Below, in pieces: positions 48,168 through 58,604 of a DNA stretch of 64,000 nucleotides (position 1 is its first letter; each line of letters opens with the position of its first letter). Location: the NCBI GenBank assembly GCA_029856105.1, contig JAHQWH010000015.1, positions 164,543 to 228,542 on the forward strand, given 5' to 3'. Origin of the DNA: Promethearchaeia archaeon. GTDB lineage: Archaea; Asgardarchaeota; Lokiarchaeia; Sigyniarchaeales; SOKP01. The translations under genes and the position numbers were made by a program. The notes beneath the pieces were generated by a model. That model ran no database searches. It had not been told where the DNA came from and saw nothing but the letters and a program-made list of their open reading frames with translations.

Positions 48168-49406
48168 TTATTTGGATAGATTTCTTTTCCTAATATTTCT
48201 TTCCAAATCATCTGGTTCAATTGTTATTTTTTGACCGCTTAATAAAGCTGAAACTCCAATTTGATTTTCATCATCTTCGCAATGACAGCCCGGAATATAG
48301 TTATCTGGTTCTTCGTACGTTGTAATAACACCCTCAAAATTTCTTAACACGACCCGTTTATTTCCCTGAGAAATTGTATAATCTGGCATTACTGGTATCT
48401 TTCCTCCACCCCCTGGAGCATCTACTACGAATGTGGGGACGCATAGGCCAGATGTGTGCCCCCTTAAACCTTCAATGATTTCAATACCTTGAGCAACGCT
48501 GGTTCTAAAATGCTCAAGACCAACAGAGAGATCGCATTGATAAATATAGTAAGGTCTTACTCTAATTTTTACAAGGTCTTGGACTAATTTTTTCATAACA
48601 TGAATACAATCATTTACTCCTTTCAATAGTACCGATTGATTTCCAAGTGGGATTCCCGCATCTGCTAACATTTCACATGCTCTTTTAGAATCTTCTGTTA
48701 TTTCGTTAGAATGATTGAAATGGGTATTAAACCAAATAGGATGATATTTCTTAATCATTTCACATAGTTCAGGAGTAATTCTTTGAGGCATAACTACGGG
48801 CGTTCGAGAACCTAATCGTATAATTTCTACATGAGGAATTTCTTTCAATCTGACCAATATCTCTTCTAATTTTTTATCAGAAATTAATAACGCATCGCCT
48901 CCAGATAAGAGTACATCTCTTATAGCTGGAGTTTCTTGTATATATTCGATACATTTACCGATTTGATCTTGGGGAGGTGCTTTATCGTGATGACCGGCAA
49001 ATCTCTTGCGAGTACAATGTCGGCAATACATCGAACAATTTTCAGTAACTAAAAACAAAACTCGATCAGGATATCTATGGGTTAGACCTGGAACTGGCGA
49101 ATCAACATCTTCGTGAAGAGGATCTACAAGATCGCTCGACGATATGTGTAATTCGTGGATAGTAGGGATAGCTTGTTTTCTTATAGGATCGTAAGGATCG
49201 TGAGGGTCGATTAACGACAAATAATAAGGCGTAATTGCCATTCGCAATTCTTTTAAGATTTTTGGGTCGTCCTCCTCTTTAGTTAGCGAAATGTATTGTT
49301 TAAGGTCTTCTAATGTACTTATTCTATTCTTAAATTGCCAGCGCCAATTATTCCAATCTTCGTCGCTTACTTCGCTAAATAATTCTTTTCTTCTATTTAC
49401 TCTCAT
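48168..49406 (-). CDS. kamA: lysine 2,3-aminomutase (radical SAM/PLP)
   Basis: WNNWRWQ, DPLHED, THRYPDRVL, CSMYCRHCTRKR, LRGHTSG, DAPGGGGKIP. Confidence 0.96.
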   Translation of the reverse strand: MRVNRRKELFSEVSDEDWNNWRWQFKNRISTLEDLKQYISLTKEEDDPKILKELRMAITPYYLSLIDPHDPYDPIRKQAIPTIHELHISSSDLVDPLHEDVDSPVPGLTHRYPDRVLFLVTENCSMYCRHCTRKRFAGHHDKAPPQDQIGKCIEYIQETPAIRDVLLSGGDALLISDKKLEEILVRLKEIPHVEIIRLGSRTPVVMPQRITPELCEMIKKYHPIWFNTHFNHSNEITEDSKRACEMLADAGIPLGNQSVLLKGVNDCIHVMKKLVQDLVKIRVRPYYIYQCDLSVGLEHFRTSVAQGIEIIEGLRGHTSGLCVPTFVVDAPGGGGKIPVMPDYTISQGNKRVVLRNFEGVITTYEEPDNYIPGCHCEDDENQIGVSALLSGQKITIEPDDLERNIRKRNLSK

Positions 49407-49447
49407 AACAATTCACTTTACTTATTATGTTATCTTCATATTCTAAA

Positions 49448-50488
49448 TTATTTTACATATTTTTCTTCAAATATTTTTCGTAATTTTTTAGACTCGCGTA
49501 ACTCATCTAAAGCTATTTGAGCGTGTCCTTTGGTATAACCATTCCCGATTATCATCGTGACATCTTTTCCAACGCCCTCAGCACCTAATGCGGCTTTTGT
49601 AAAACTAGTAGCCATAGAAAAGAAATACACGATACCTCCATCCTTAACGGGTAAAATACTTGACATTTCAGTATTTGATATACTTAGACAATTAATAGAA
49701 ATGTCAACTTCATTTCCATTGTTAATAGCAAATACCTTTTCTAAGACATCTAGCGGTTTAAGGATGTCAGCAATAATCACCTCATGGCAAAAACCTGTTT
49801 TCTTAAGGAACTCAGCTCTTTTTTCATTTCTAGCTTGCCCTATTACTCTACCATTCGGTCCAACAATGCTTTTTGCTATAAAAGAGCACATTAATCCAGA
49901 TTTTCCAGTTGCCCCAAGTATTAAAACAGAGTTTCCCGGTTTAACAATCTTTTTTGTTTGAGCCGGAGCACCCGCTACATCAAGAGCTGCTAAGGCCAAT
50001 TTATCGTCCATATCTTTTGGGATTTTAGCGTAAATTCCACTTTCAAAAAGTACGGCTTTACCTACAATTTCAACTCGATCTATATCTAATTTGATATCTA
50101 AAATTTTTTCAATCTTAAGTGGTGTCAAAGAAAGAGAAACTAATGTAGCAATTTTGTCTCCTTTTTTTAGATCGGTTTTTCCTGTCAGATCTGGTCCAAT
50201 TTTTTCTACTTTACCAATCAGCATTCCACCTGAACCAGTAACCGGATTTTGCATTTTTCCCCTTTCTTGAACAATTTCTATTATTTTAGCTTTTATTTTT
50301 TCTATATCTCCTCCCGCTTCTTCTTTAAGTTGAGTAAAGCTTGCGGAGTCGATATTCAAATAATCGACATCAATTAATATTTCGTTGTCGAATATGGTCG
50401 TATCGTTGGATATTTTAAAAGCAGGTTGAGGAAGCGCCCCTTTAGGCTCAATGACTCTATGAGTTCCGTATTTATTACCTTTTGCCAT
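49448..50488 (-). CDS. kdd: L-erythro-3,5-diaminohexanoate dehydrogenase
   Basis: YGTHRVIEP.G.LPQPA, LNIDSASF, NPVTGSGGML, TLVSLSLTPL, DVAGAPAQ, FFSMATSF. Confidence 0.94.
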   Translation of the reverse strand: MAKGNKYGTHRVIEPKGALPQPAFKISNDTTIFDNEILIDVDYLNIDSASFTQLKEEAGGDIEKIKAKIIEIVQERGKMQNPVTGSGGMLIGKVEKIGPDLTGKTDLKKGDKIATLVSLSLTPLKIEKILDIKLDIDRVEIVGKAVLFESGIYAKIPKDMDDKLALAALDVAGAPAQTKKIVKPGNSVLILGATGKSGLMCSFIAKSIVGPNGRVIGQARNEKRAEFLKKTGFCHEVIIADILKPLDVLEKVFAINNGNEVDISINCLSISNTEMSSILPVKDGGIVYFFSMATSFTKAALGAEGVGKDVTMIIGNGYTKGHAQIALDELRESKKLRKIFEEKYVK

Positions 50489-50612
50489 ATAAAGGTCTCC
50501 ATCTAAATCTTAAAAAAATAATATTATCATATCTAATCTTACTTAAGAATCATTAGAATTATAAATTTTTCAAAACAAAATTAGAAAAATAAGTTAAAAA
50601 AAAAAGATTGGA

Positions 50613-52166
50613 TTAAGCTTTGTATCTGGCATTTCCATCCATGATCTTTCTATTGAGAATCATGTCATTTACCTGCATCCCTGCAAGCAATGTTGCAAAA
50701 ACGCTATGAATGAATTTTGGTTGGAAAAGGCCTTTTACGGGTGTTCTCATTTTTAAGCGTGTCCTTCCGAAATTATCCGGATAAGGTGCCATATCGTAAA
50801 TTGCTCCTGAAGGTGAACCAGAATATCGGGCATAAGTCGCTGGAGTCGATACATCAAGAACCTTAATGTGTTTTCTCAGATCAGGAATGAGGTATTTTTC
50901 AGTTTTTTCTATAAAGAAATCAGCCCATTTTTGTTTTTTTTCATTGTATCTTTGAGGATCTTTTTCTCTTAATTCTGCCCAGTCGTCAATGCCCATAGGA
51001 ACAATCCTCAAGGCGATATTTGGTTTTCCACCCGTAGTTAACGAGGGACAGATAACTCCAAGTCGAAATTCTTCATCTGTATAACCAATTTTACCTTGTA
51101 TCATATCATCAAATAATCGATCGTAAATATCTCCTCCTGTAGTAATCACGCTGTAGCCACAATCTAAACCTAATGCACCCAGATCAATTTCGTTATCAAG
51201 TCCAATGCTTATATTCATTGATGATGTCGACATCTTAACATTTTCGACTTTATCAGCATACTTTTTATCCAGTTCACGAATGATATCTAGACCCACCATT
51301 TCTTTCATAGCAACAATAGGATCTACTGTGGTTACTACTAAATCCGAATAAATTTCACTTCCATCCTCTAATTTAACACCTTTCACTTCCCCGTTTTCAA
51401 CCAAAATTTTGTTAACTTTAGTATTAAGCATCAGTTCTCCACCTAAACTGAGATATTTTTCCTCAAATTTCTTAGGAAACTCAATAAACCCTCCTTTAGG
51501 TCGGAAAGCACCATCGAGTAGTGAGTTCATCGCAGATACAGGTACGGGTGCCGAAACTCTATCAGCCGGTAATCCACTAAATTCAGCAAATATGGTAAAT
51601 ATTTCAATAACATCAGGTTCCGTTATATTGAACTGAGCAAAATAATCCTTGAAAGTTCTCCTAGAGTTTTTTACGATTTTTGGGCAAGTAAGGAGCATTT
51701 TAAGGATTTCAATTAAATTTGGATCAAGTTTAAGTTTGAACAATTCTAAATACAAGGCTCTTGAATAATCCAAAAAGTTCTCGATTTCAGCTGCGTTCTT
51801 CGGATATTTTTCCATCAACTCATTTTTAAAATCTTCAAATCCTGACGGTAAATCAATCGTTTTTACCTTATTTGTTTTAATATCTACTAAGAAAATCCGC
51901 ATATAGTAACCTTTATACTCCTTAAGCTCAATATCGATATCAAAAAATTCTAATAACTCTGTAATATTAGGTATCATTTGGCATGTGTCGAATAAATATC
52001 CTTGCCGTTCATAGGAGGTAACATAGCCACCAGATTTTGGTTCTTTTTCGATTATTAAAACGGGTTCTTTTTTAACATCATGGTATTGCGCCCATGTTAA
52101 ACCACTGCTTAAGCCGGTGATACCTCCACCAACTACTATTAATCCATATTTATTTATTTTATTCAT
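50613..52166 (-). CDS. phytoene desaturase-like FAD-dependent oxidoreductase
   Basis: VGGGITG, EKEPKSGGY, PKGG, STPATYARYSGSPSGAIY. Confidence 0.82.
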   Translation of the reverse strand: MNKINKYGLIVVGGGITGLSSGLTWAQYHDVKKEPVLIIEKEPKSGGYVTSYERQGYLFDTCQMIPNITELLEFFDIDIELKEYKGYYMRIFLVDIKTNKVKTIDLPSGFEDFKNELMEKYPKNAAEIENFLDYSRALYLELFKLKLDPNLIEILKMLLTCPKIVKNSRRTFKDYFAQFNITEPDVIEIFTIFAEFSGLPADRVSAPVPVSAMNSLLDGAFRPKGGFIEFPKKFEEKYLSLGGELMLNTKVNKILVENGEVKGVKLEDGSEIYSDLVVTTVDPIVAMKEMVGLDIIRELDKKYADKVENVKMSTSSMNISIGLDNEIDLGALGLDCGYSVITTGGDIYDRLFDDMIQGKIGYTDEEFRLGVICPSLTTGGKPNIALRIVPMGIDDWAELREKDPQRYNEKKQKWADFFIEKTEKYLIPDLRKHIKVLDVSTPATYARYSGSPSGAIYDMAPYPDNFGRTRLKMRTPVKGLFQPKFIHSVFATLLAGMQVNDMILNRKIMDGNARYKA

Positions 52167-52223
52167 GAATTAAAAAATTGATTTTATACTATTTAAATAT
52201 TTTAATTTCCATTTTTATAAAAA

Positions 52224-52931
52224 TTACTTCTTTATACCAATGAACAATCCTCTATCCTCCATTAAGCCATTTTTTAGAAATTCTGTCTTAAAACTGGCTT
52301 TTTCCATGAATTCGAGAGTTTTGTCAATCTCAAATAAACCTAATTCATGTGTGTCTACAAAATGTATAACATCTTCATCTTTTTCAGCAATCAAATAATG
52401 CATCTCCATTATCGATAAGTCCCCTTCTATTTTTGTTGTATTAAGTCTTGCGATTTTTATGTCTTTCTCATCGTAAGTAGTCATACCGGGCGCTCCAACC
52501 CAGTAAGTGGATTTAGTAAACCAAGGCTCAATTATTAGAACTCCACCTGTTTTTAAGTGATTACTAAAATTCAGCATCGTTTTTTCTAAATTAGAATACG
52601 TTTTTACATACCCAATTGAGCTAAATAAACATAGAATTACATCAAATTCGGTTTTAAGATTAAAATTTGTCATATTACCTTGTTCGAAAATCACTTCCTT
52701 AACTTTACTTTTAGCAACTTCCACCATTTCGTTGTTAATATCAATACCCGTACAGGAAAAATCGTCTTTAAAATATTCTAAATGCTTTCCTGTCCCACAT
52801 CCAACATCAAGTAACTTATTACCGTCTGAATTTTTATATTTTTTTATTAAATCTTTAATGGAATAAGCTTCTTTATCATAATCTTTCCAATGATAAATCA
52901 AATCGTAGTATTTGGCTAATTTTTTATACAT
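52224..52931 (-). CDS. class I SAM-dependent methyltransferase (TylM1/DesVI N-methyltransferase-like)
   Basis: YDLIY..KDY..EA, LLDVGCGTGKH, CLFSSIGY, IIEPW. Confidence 0.85.
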   Translation of the reverse strand: MYKKLAKYYDLIYHWKDYDKEAYSIKDLIKKYKNSDGNKLLDVGCGTGKHLEYFKDDFSCTGIDINNEMVEVAKSKVKEVIFEQGNMTNFNLKTEFDVILCLFSSIGYVKTYSNLEKTMLNFSNHLKTGGVLIIEPWFTKSTYWVGAPGMTTYDEKDIKIARLNTTKIEGDLSIMEMHYLIAEKDEDVIHFVDTHELGLFEIDKTLEFMEKASFKTEFLKNGLMEDRGLFIGIKK

Positions 52932-52954
52932 AATTTAATATTCCTTATTTTATT

Positions 52955-53779
52955 TTAATTCAAACTTAAAATCTTTCTCGCTTCGTAAGGAGATGCGATG
53001 TCTCTACCTATTTCTTTTGAAATCCTAACTATTTTTTCGACTAATTCACTGTTAGACTTAGCGAGTACACCTTTAGAACGATAAATGTTATCTTCAAAAC
53101 CTACTCTGGCATGGCCCCCCATAACTATAGATAACGTAACCATAGGAAATTCATGTTTTCCAATAGCACACACGGTAAACATAGAGTTTTTTGGAATACT
53201 GTTTATCATAAATACTAAATCTCGAGGTGTTGCTGCTATTCCTCCGATGACGCCTAATACAAAGTTAAAATGCATTGGATCTTTGATATATCCTTTGTTA
53301 TTAAGTCGTAATGCCATGTCGATCATGCCCTTATCAAAACATTCCAGTTCTGGTTTAATTCCATGCGAATTCATCACTTGAGCAAAATGTATGATAGTAT
53401 TTTCTGTATTAACAAAAATTTCATCGCCACCAAAATTCATCGTACCACAATCAAGAGTTGCCATTTCGGGTGGAGGATCCATGAAGATAGGTTGTAGTCT
53501 CTCTTCATTACTCATTCCTATAGCACCTCCCGTTGAAGGTTGAACGATAACATCGGGACATCTTTCTTTTATCTCATCGACACACGCTTGGAATCGTTTT
53601 ATATCTTGAGTAGGAGTGCCATCGTCTTCTCTTACATGCAGATGTATTATACTCGCACCTGCTAAGAATGCTTTTTCTGCTTCGATCCCTATTTCTCTAA
53701 CAGTATAAGGAATGTTTGGATTCTGTTTCTTTGTTACTTCAGCTCCACATATCGCGGCGGTTATAATTAATTTTTCCAT
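52955..53779 (-). CDS. kce: 3-keto-5-aminohexanoate cleavage enzyme
   Basis: MEKLIITAAICGAE, IHLHVR, QPSTGGA, DCGTMNFG, ELECFD, RVGFEDN; start 53779 or 53788 (ORF-track 53860 overlaps kal). Confidence 0.93.
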   Translation of the reverse strand: MEKLIITAAICGAEVTKKQNPNIPYTVREIGIEAEKAFLAGASIIHLHVREDDGTPTQDIKRFQACVDEIKERCPDVIVQPSTGGAIGMSNEERLQPIFMDPPPEMATLDCGTMNFGGDEIFVNTENTIIHFAQVMNSHGIKPELECFDKGMIDMALRLNNKGYIKDPMHFNFVLGVIGGIAATPRDLVFMINSIPKNSMFTVCAIGKHEFPMVTLSIVMGGHARVGFEDNIYRSKGVLAKSNSELVEKIVRISKEIGRDIASPYEARKILSLN

Positions 53780-53789
53780 ATACATCATA

Positions 53790-54173
53790 TTACTTTTTTC
53801 TTTGTTTCTCTCTTGGAACAACACAAGTTCCACTTGCTTTGCATACGACAATAGGTTCATTTAAGAAATCAGCCGCAGAATCATTTATATCTGGTTTTAA
53901 TGTAATAACCTTTCTTGCCTCAAAAATCATCTTTCTTGAAGTGTTACCTATTTCAATAATTTTTCCTTCAGCTTCTATATAATCACCAGCATAAACGGGA
54001 GCTAAAAATTCAATGCTGTCATAAGCCCGAAATAAACCCTCATCTCCATCGTTTTTAATCAATAACTCAGTAGCAACATCCCCAAATAATTCTAATATTT
54101 TAGCCCCATCAACTAAATTTCCTCCATAATGAGCATCGTTTAAACTCATCCTTACTCTAATTAATGATTTCAT
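53790..54173 (-). CDS. kal: 3-aminobutyryl-CoA ammonia-lyase
   Basis: [46 protein letters not shown]. Confidence 0.93.
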   Translation of the reverse strand: MKSLIRVRMSLNDAHYGGNLVDGAKILELFGDVATELLIKNDGDEGLFRAYDSIEFLAPVYAGDYIEAEGKIIEIGNTSRKMIFEARKVITLKPDINDSAADFLNEPIVVCKASGTCVVPREKQRKK

Positions 54174-54395
54174 ACAAGATCATTCCCTATTTTTTTTTTC
54201 TTAAGATAAAATTATATTCTAATTTCAATATTATCTTATGAAATTAAAAATTTCTTTTATTTTCAATGTTTTAATAGTAAAATTTATCTTCAAAACTTTG
54301 TTGTTTTAATGGAAAATTTATTGAAATTTAGCTTATATTTAATTAAAAAAACAAATGTGATTTTTATTTTATTTAAAAGATTCAATAAACTATAA

Positions 54396-54554
54396 AAATG
54401 CGAGATTTGCGGAAATGAAAAAGATGTGCCTTTATGCTGCGATTGGTCAATGATTGTGAAGGATGACTATATAATATGTTGTTGTGAATCAGAAGAGTGT
54501 GGTTATCGACCTATCCCCGAATGTAGTGGACAAAAAATGAATTACATGGGATAA
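54396..54554 (+). pseudogene. small Cys-rich (desulforedoxin-like, duplicated) metal-binding protein lacking an in-frame start
   Basis: KCEICGNEKDVPLCCDWSMIVKDDYIICCCESEECGYRPIPECSGQKMNYMG*; in-frame TAA at 54393-54395 directly upstream. Confidence 0.5.
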
Positions 54555-54595
54555 TGAAAAAAATATGAAAAATTATTTTAAAAAAATTGGAAAAA

Positions 54596-56176
54596 TTACC
54601 AAATTAAATCGTTAATTACGTCTTTATCTCTATCAGCTTCTTTTTTACCAAGTACTTTTCTAATGCGTAAATCGTTGATTGAATCTTCGAGTTTAGTATC
54701 CAAATTCTTAATATCCATCAAATTGCCTGTTTCTCCTCCTTTATCGACTAAATTTATCATCGCGTTATCCTTATTCATTAAATCTCTTAATTTATATCTA
54801 AAGGCATCTGTTACTCTTGTCCGTTGGATTTTCCCTTTTTTTATCAAAATAGGAAAAACGGGAGCTCTTTCTGTAGTTCTGCGCGTATTTGGATCTACAA
54901 AGTAGAAAATAAACATAGGTATACCTACGATCACATCTTTAGTCATAATTTCAATAGAAAAAGTGTTAAAGAAGTTTTGAACGTTAGTCATTTCAACATC
55001 TTTAATTCTTTCGATGTTATCAAGACAAGATTGTTTTTCTTGTTTGATTCTTGCAACTATGCTCTCGGCTGAAGTAAGGTCGCTGCTAAGTTCACTATGT
55101 TTTGCTTGGATAGTGCTTTCAATCTCAGATTTTTTCCTCTCAAGCTCTCTAATTTTTTGTTGTTTGGATTTTTCTAAATCGTTTATTTCTCGTTGTACAT
55201 TCTTCCTTATTTGAGCGACTTCGGATTCATATCTGCTAATTGTATTCCCTAGATCTTGATATTTTATGCGTAAGTCTTTTAGTGCACCTTCAACTTCAAA
55301 TAAGTCGTTTTTATTGATTGAATTTTTTAGTCTATCTACGCCATTTTTTGTTGCGCTAAGATTGTTGTAAAGATCGCCAGTTTTATCGTTAATTTTATAC
55401 TTTCCACCTTTTACCAATTCTTCAGGCGTAGCTTCAATTTTTCGGTTTTTCTCAGCTTCTAATTCTCTAGTAACTATTGCTAATTGCTTTTCCTCTTCGC
55501 TTGTATCGACCTTTTGACTTTTCAATTTGTCAGCATCTTGGCCACCGCGTTGAATCCACTTATCACATAGTTTGATAATTTTTTGACCATAATTATCTAG
55601 GTGTTTAACATCATTTTGAGATATGTAATCAAAAACTTCTGGAATGATTTTTGCTTGATTTATACTTTTAGGAATCGGTCCTCCTTCTAAGAGGAAATAT
55701 GGCTCACTAAATGAATTAATATTGTATTGATTTAAGAAAAAGTTTTTAAAATACTCAACTTCACTAGCACTAAAAAGGGCTTCTTGAATTGCCGTACCTC
55801 TTCTATAATTTTTAGATTTCTTTAAATAATTACTATTATACGACTGCAAAGAATTTAAGAATGATGCTGAATCTGCACCTTGAATTATGTTATCTGGACT
55901 GGGTGGCGTTTGTGAAAATTTTCCTACATTTAATTTCTCTTGTTTATTTAACAGATAACTACAAACGCAAGCACGAGTTTCATTTAAAGGAACTAAACGA
56001 ACGGGCCAAAAACAAGCAGTAATTCTATTTATCTTGCCTAGTTTTTTAATAGTCTTTCCATAAATGTTTATACATTCGTTTAATGCCATCGCCATTTCAT
56101 CTAGTAATGTAGCTTTTGAGCGGGCAGGGATTACTTCGCCAACATTGATTAGAAAAGGAATTATTTTATCTACCAT
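54596..56176 (-). CDS. hypothetical protein with long central coiled coil
   Basis: 526-aa ORF; heptad-rich region in the central third, flanked by beta-rich CFWPVRLVP and VGIPMFIFYF segments. Confidence 0.8.
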   Translation of the reverse strand: MVDKIIPFLINVGEVIPARSKATLLDEMAMALNECINIYGKTIKKLGKINRITACFWPVRLVPLNETRACVCSYLLNKQEKLNVGKFSQTPPSPDNIIQGADSASFLNSLQSYNSNYLKKSKNYRRGTAIQEALFSASEVEYFKNFFLNQYNINSFSEPYFLLEGGPIPKSINQAKIIPEVFDYISQNDVKHLDNYGQKIIKLCDKWIQRGGQDADKLKSQKVDTSEEEKQLAIVTRELEAEKNRKIEATPEELVKGGKYKINDKTGDLYNNLSATKNGVDRLKNSINKNDLFEVEGALKDLRIKYQDLGNTISRYESEVAQIRKNVQREINDLEKSKQQKIRELERKKSEIESTIQAKHSELSSDLTSAESIVARIKQEKQSCLDNIERIKDVEMTNVQNFFNTFSIEIMTKDVIVGIPMFIFYFVDPNTRRTTERAPVFPILIKKGKIQRTRVTDAFRYKLRDLMNKDNAMINLVDKGGETGNLMDIKNLDTKLEDSINDLRIRKVLGKKEADRDKDVINDLIW

Positions 56177-56339
56177 TTTTTTGAATCACATAAATTTTCT
56201 ATTTTCTATATTAAATCTAAAAATGAGTTAAGTAAATAAATTTTTCCCTCTAGATTTTCAATGTTTATCTTTGAATTAAAAACTTAAAAGAAGGAAAACC
56301 CAATATATATTAAAATAAGTTATTAAAAGATGATAAAAT

Positions 56340-57158
56340 ATGGTTGATAAGTTTCTAGAAGGAAAGGGTGCCCTTATAACTGGGGGCGCATCTGGTTTTG
56401 GGAGGGGTATAGCAATTGAATATGCGAAAAGAGGAGCAGATTTAATCTTAGTTGATATAAATGAAGAACTTTTAAATGAAACCTGTAAGAAAATTGAACA
56501 AGAATATAAACAAAAAGTTATCCCTATTGTATGTGATGTTTCAAAATCAGAACAAGTACAAGATATGGCAAAGAGGGCTTTTAAAGAATTAGATAATATA
56601 TATGTGCTAAATAATAATGCGGGGATTGGTGATATATATGGACCTGATTTATTGAGAATTAAGGAAGATTTGTTCGATAGAATAATTAGTGTTAATCTAC
56701 GAGGTCAATGGTTAGTCTCTAAATATGTAAGTAAAAAAATGAAATCCCAAAAGTTTGAAAACGAGCTTTTATCTGGAAAAGTAATTCATACTGCATCTAT
56801 TGCCGGAATGGTTGTTGATATCAAATTATCAGCATATACATTAAGTAAAGTTGGAGTAATTGCCATGGTAAAAATGCTTGCGCAAAGTTTAGCTCCAAAA
56901 ATCACTGTTAATGCGATTTCACCAGGTTATCATGTAACAGGGATATATAATTATTCTGAAAACGCTATGAAAGCCACAATGGATGATGGACATGTTAAAA
57001 CACCTTTAAATAGAATAGGAACTGTTCAAGATGTTGCAAATATAAGTGTATTTTTAGCGTCTCCTTTATCAAACTTTATAACAGGACATAATATTCCCGC
57101 AGATGGTGGAATTGCAGAAGTAGGCGTTCCAGCAAACTATTTAAAGTCAGAAATTTAA
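56340..57158 (+). CDS. short-chain dehydrogenase/reductase (FabG-like)
   Basis: TGGASGFG, NNAG, ASIAG, YTLSK, VNAISPG, ITG..I.ADGG. Confidence 0.92.
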   Translation: MVDKFLEGKGALITGGASGFGRGIAIEYAKRGADLILVDINEELLNETCKKIEQEYKQKVIPIVCDVSKSEQVQDMAKRAFKELDNIYVLNNNAGIGDIYGPDLLRIKEDLFDRIISVNLRGQWLVSKYVSKKMKSQKFENELLSGKVIHTASIAGMVVDIKLSAYTLSKVGVIAMVKMLAQSLAPKITVNAISPGYHVTGIYNYSENAMKATMDDGHVKTPLNRIGTVQDVANISVFLASPLSNFITGHNIPADGGIAEVGVPANYLKSEI

Positions 57159-57273
57159 AATCTTTTTTTTTTATAGTTTCTGATATATAAAAAGATTAAA
57201 AATTTATATACTAAAGAAAATCGATAATTAATTATAAAAATTAAAAAATTTTAATATTAAAAAAGTGATAAAA

Positions 57274-57669
57274 ATGATTGAAATTATACTTGCAATATTT
57301 CAAATAATTGGAGCTATAGGCATTGGGGGATTCTGGATATATTTTTTCTTAGTCGAGAATAAAAATCCTGAAAATACTGAAGTTTTTCTTGCTTTTGAAA
57401 GATCCTTTCCAATTCCAGACATATTATGGGCGACACCTGCTCTATTACTTGCAGCAATTGGTCTATTGACTGGTAAAAGATATGGTGTCTTTTTTTCCAT
57501 AGCTGCAGGAAGTGCTATATTATTTCTAGGGCTATTAGACATATCTTTTAATGCCCAAAATGGTGGATATAAGAAGAGTACATCTGATACAATAATGAAC
57601 TTAGTTATTAACTTATACTGCGTCATTTTTGGGATACTATACATGGTATATGGTTTTATAAATTTCTAA
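57274..57669 (+). CDS. small 4-TM membrane protein
   Basis: Four hydrophobic segments; AFERSFPIPD, GLLDISFN. Confidence 0.75.
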   Translation: MIEIILAIFQIIGAIGIGGFWIYFFLVENKNPENTEVFLAFERSFPIPDILWATPALLLAAIGLLTGKRYGVFFSIAAGSAILFLGLLDISFNAQNGGYKKSTSDTIMNLVINLYCVIFGILYMVYGFINF

Positions 57670-57691
57670 ATTATACTGAGAAGTGAATCAA

Positions 57692-58543
57692 ATGGCAAAA
57701 GAGAAACTAATAAAAAAACAACCTTTTAAAGACAAAATAGCTATTATTTGTGGTGGCTCTACAGGGATAGGAAAGGCAACAGTAAGGGAATTTGTGATAT
57801 TAGGAGGTAGTGTGTGTATTATCGCAAGAAGATCTGACGTCTTACTAAATGCTGCTGAAGACATTAAGAAAGAATTGAAGCACGGCTCACAATTTGTTGA
57901 CCATATATCATGTGACGCTACAGATATCGAAAAATTAAGACCACTTTTAGTAAGTTTTATTGAAAAACATGGACATCCAAATTATTTAATAAATGTAGTT
58001 GGATATGCTCTTCCGGATTATATTGAAAATTACACTTTTGAAGATTTCAAACAAAACATGGATATTAATTACTACGGTCAATTAGCCCCTACTTTAATAT
58101 TGTTGCCTTACTTTATGAAAGAGAAAAGTGGACATATAGTATTTGTTTCTTCAGTCTCAGGATTTCTTGGTGTAATGGGTTATGCTGCGTATACCCCTAC
58201 TAAATTTGCAATTGTTGGATTAGCAGAACAATTAAAAACTGAATTAAGTCCTTACAATATTAACATATCTGTATTATATCCCCCTGATACTGAAACACCC
58301 GCCTTTGAGAGAGAAAACATTAAGAAACCAAAAGAATGTATGATCATTTCAGAGCGAGGAGGTCTTTTACAGCCAGAACAGGTAGCAGAACCATTTATAG
58401 AAGGTATATTAAAGAAAAAGTTTTATATAACTCCTGGTGAAGCAAAATTTTTATGGAAAATGAAGAGACTTTTTCCTAATTTAGTTAATAACATTTTAGA
58501 TAAAGAATTAAGAAAAGCCAGAAAACAATTAGGAAAAAACTAA
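57692..58543 (+). CDS. SDR oxidoreductase, 3-ketodihydrosphingosine reductase (KDSR/Tsc10)-like
   Basis: GGSTGIG, VFVSS, GYAAYTPTKFA, YPPDTETPAFEREN..KP.E. Confidence 0.8.
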   Translation: MAKEKLIKKQPFKDKIAIICGGSTGIGKATVREFVILGGSVCIIARRSDVLLNAAEDIKKELKHGSQFVDHISCDATDIEKLRPLLVSFIEKHGHPNYLINVVGYALPDYIENYTFEDFKQNMDINYYGQLAPTLILLPYFMKEKSGHIVFVSSVSGFLGVMGYAAYTPTKFAIVGLAEQLKTELSPYNINISVLYPPDTETPAFERENIKKPKECMIISERGGLLQPEQVAEPFIEGILKKKFYITPGEAKFLWKMKRLFPNLVNNILDKELRKARKQLGKN

Positions 58544-58546
58544 TTA

Positions 58547-58560
58547 TTTTTTTTTTTTTT
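58547..58560 (+). terminator. 14-T tract after KDSR-like gene
   Basis: T-run immediately after stop. Confidence 0.45.
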
Positions 58561-58604
58561 AAATTAAAAAATGTTTTTAATTATTGAATGAAACTGAGTA
58601 AATT

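Noticed and set aside
53780-53860. Long N-terminal extension of kce in the ORF track
   Set aside because: Overlaps kal by about 70 bp; homologs begin at MEKLIIT
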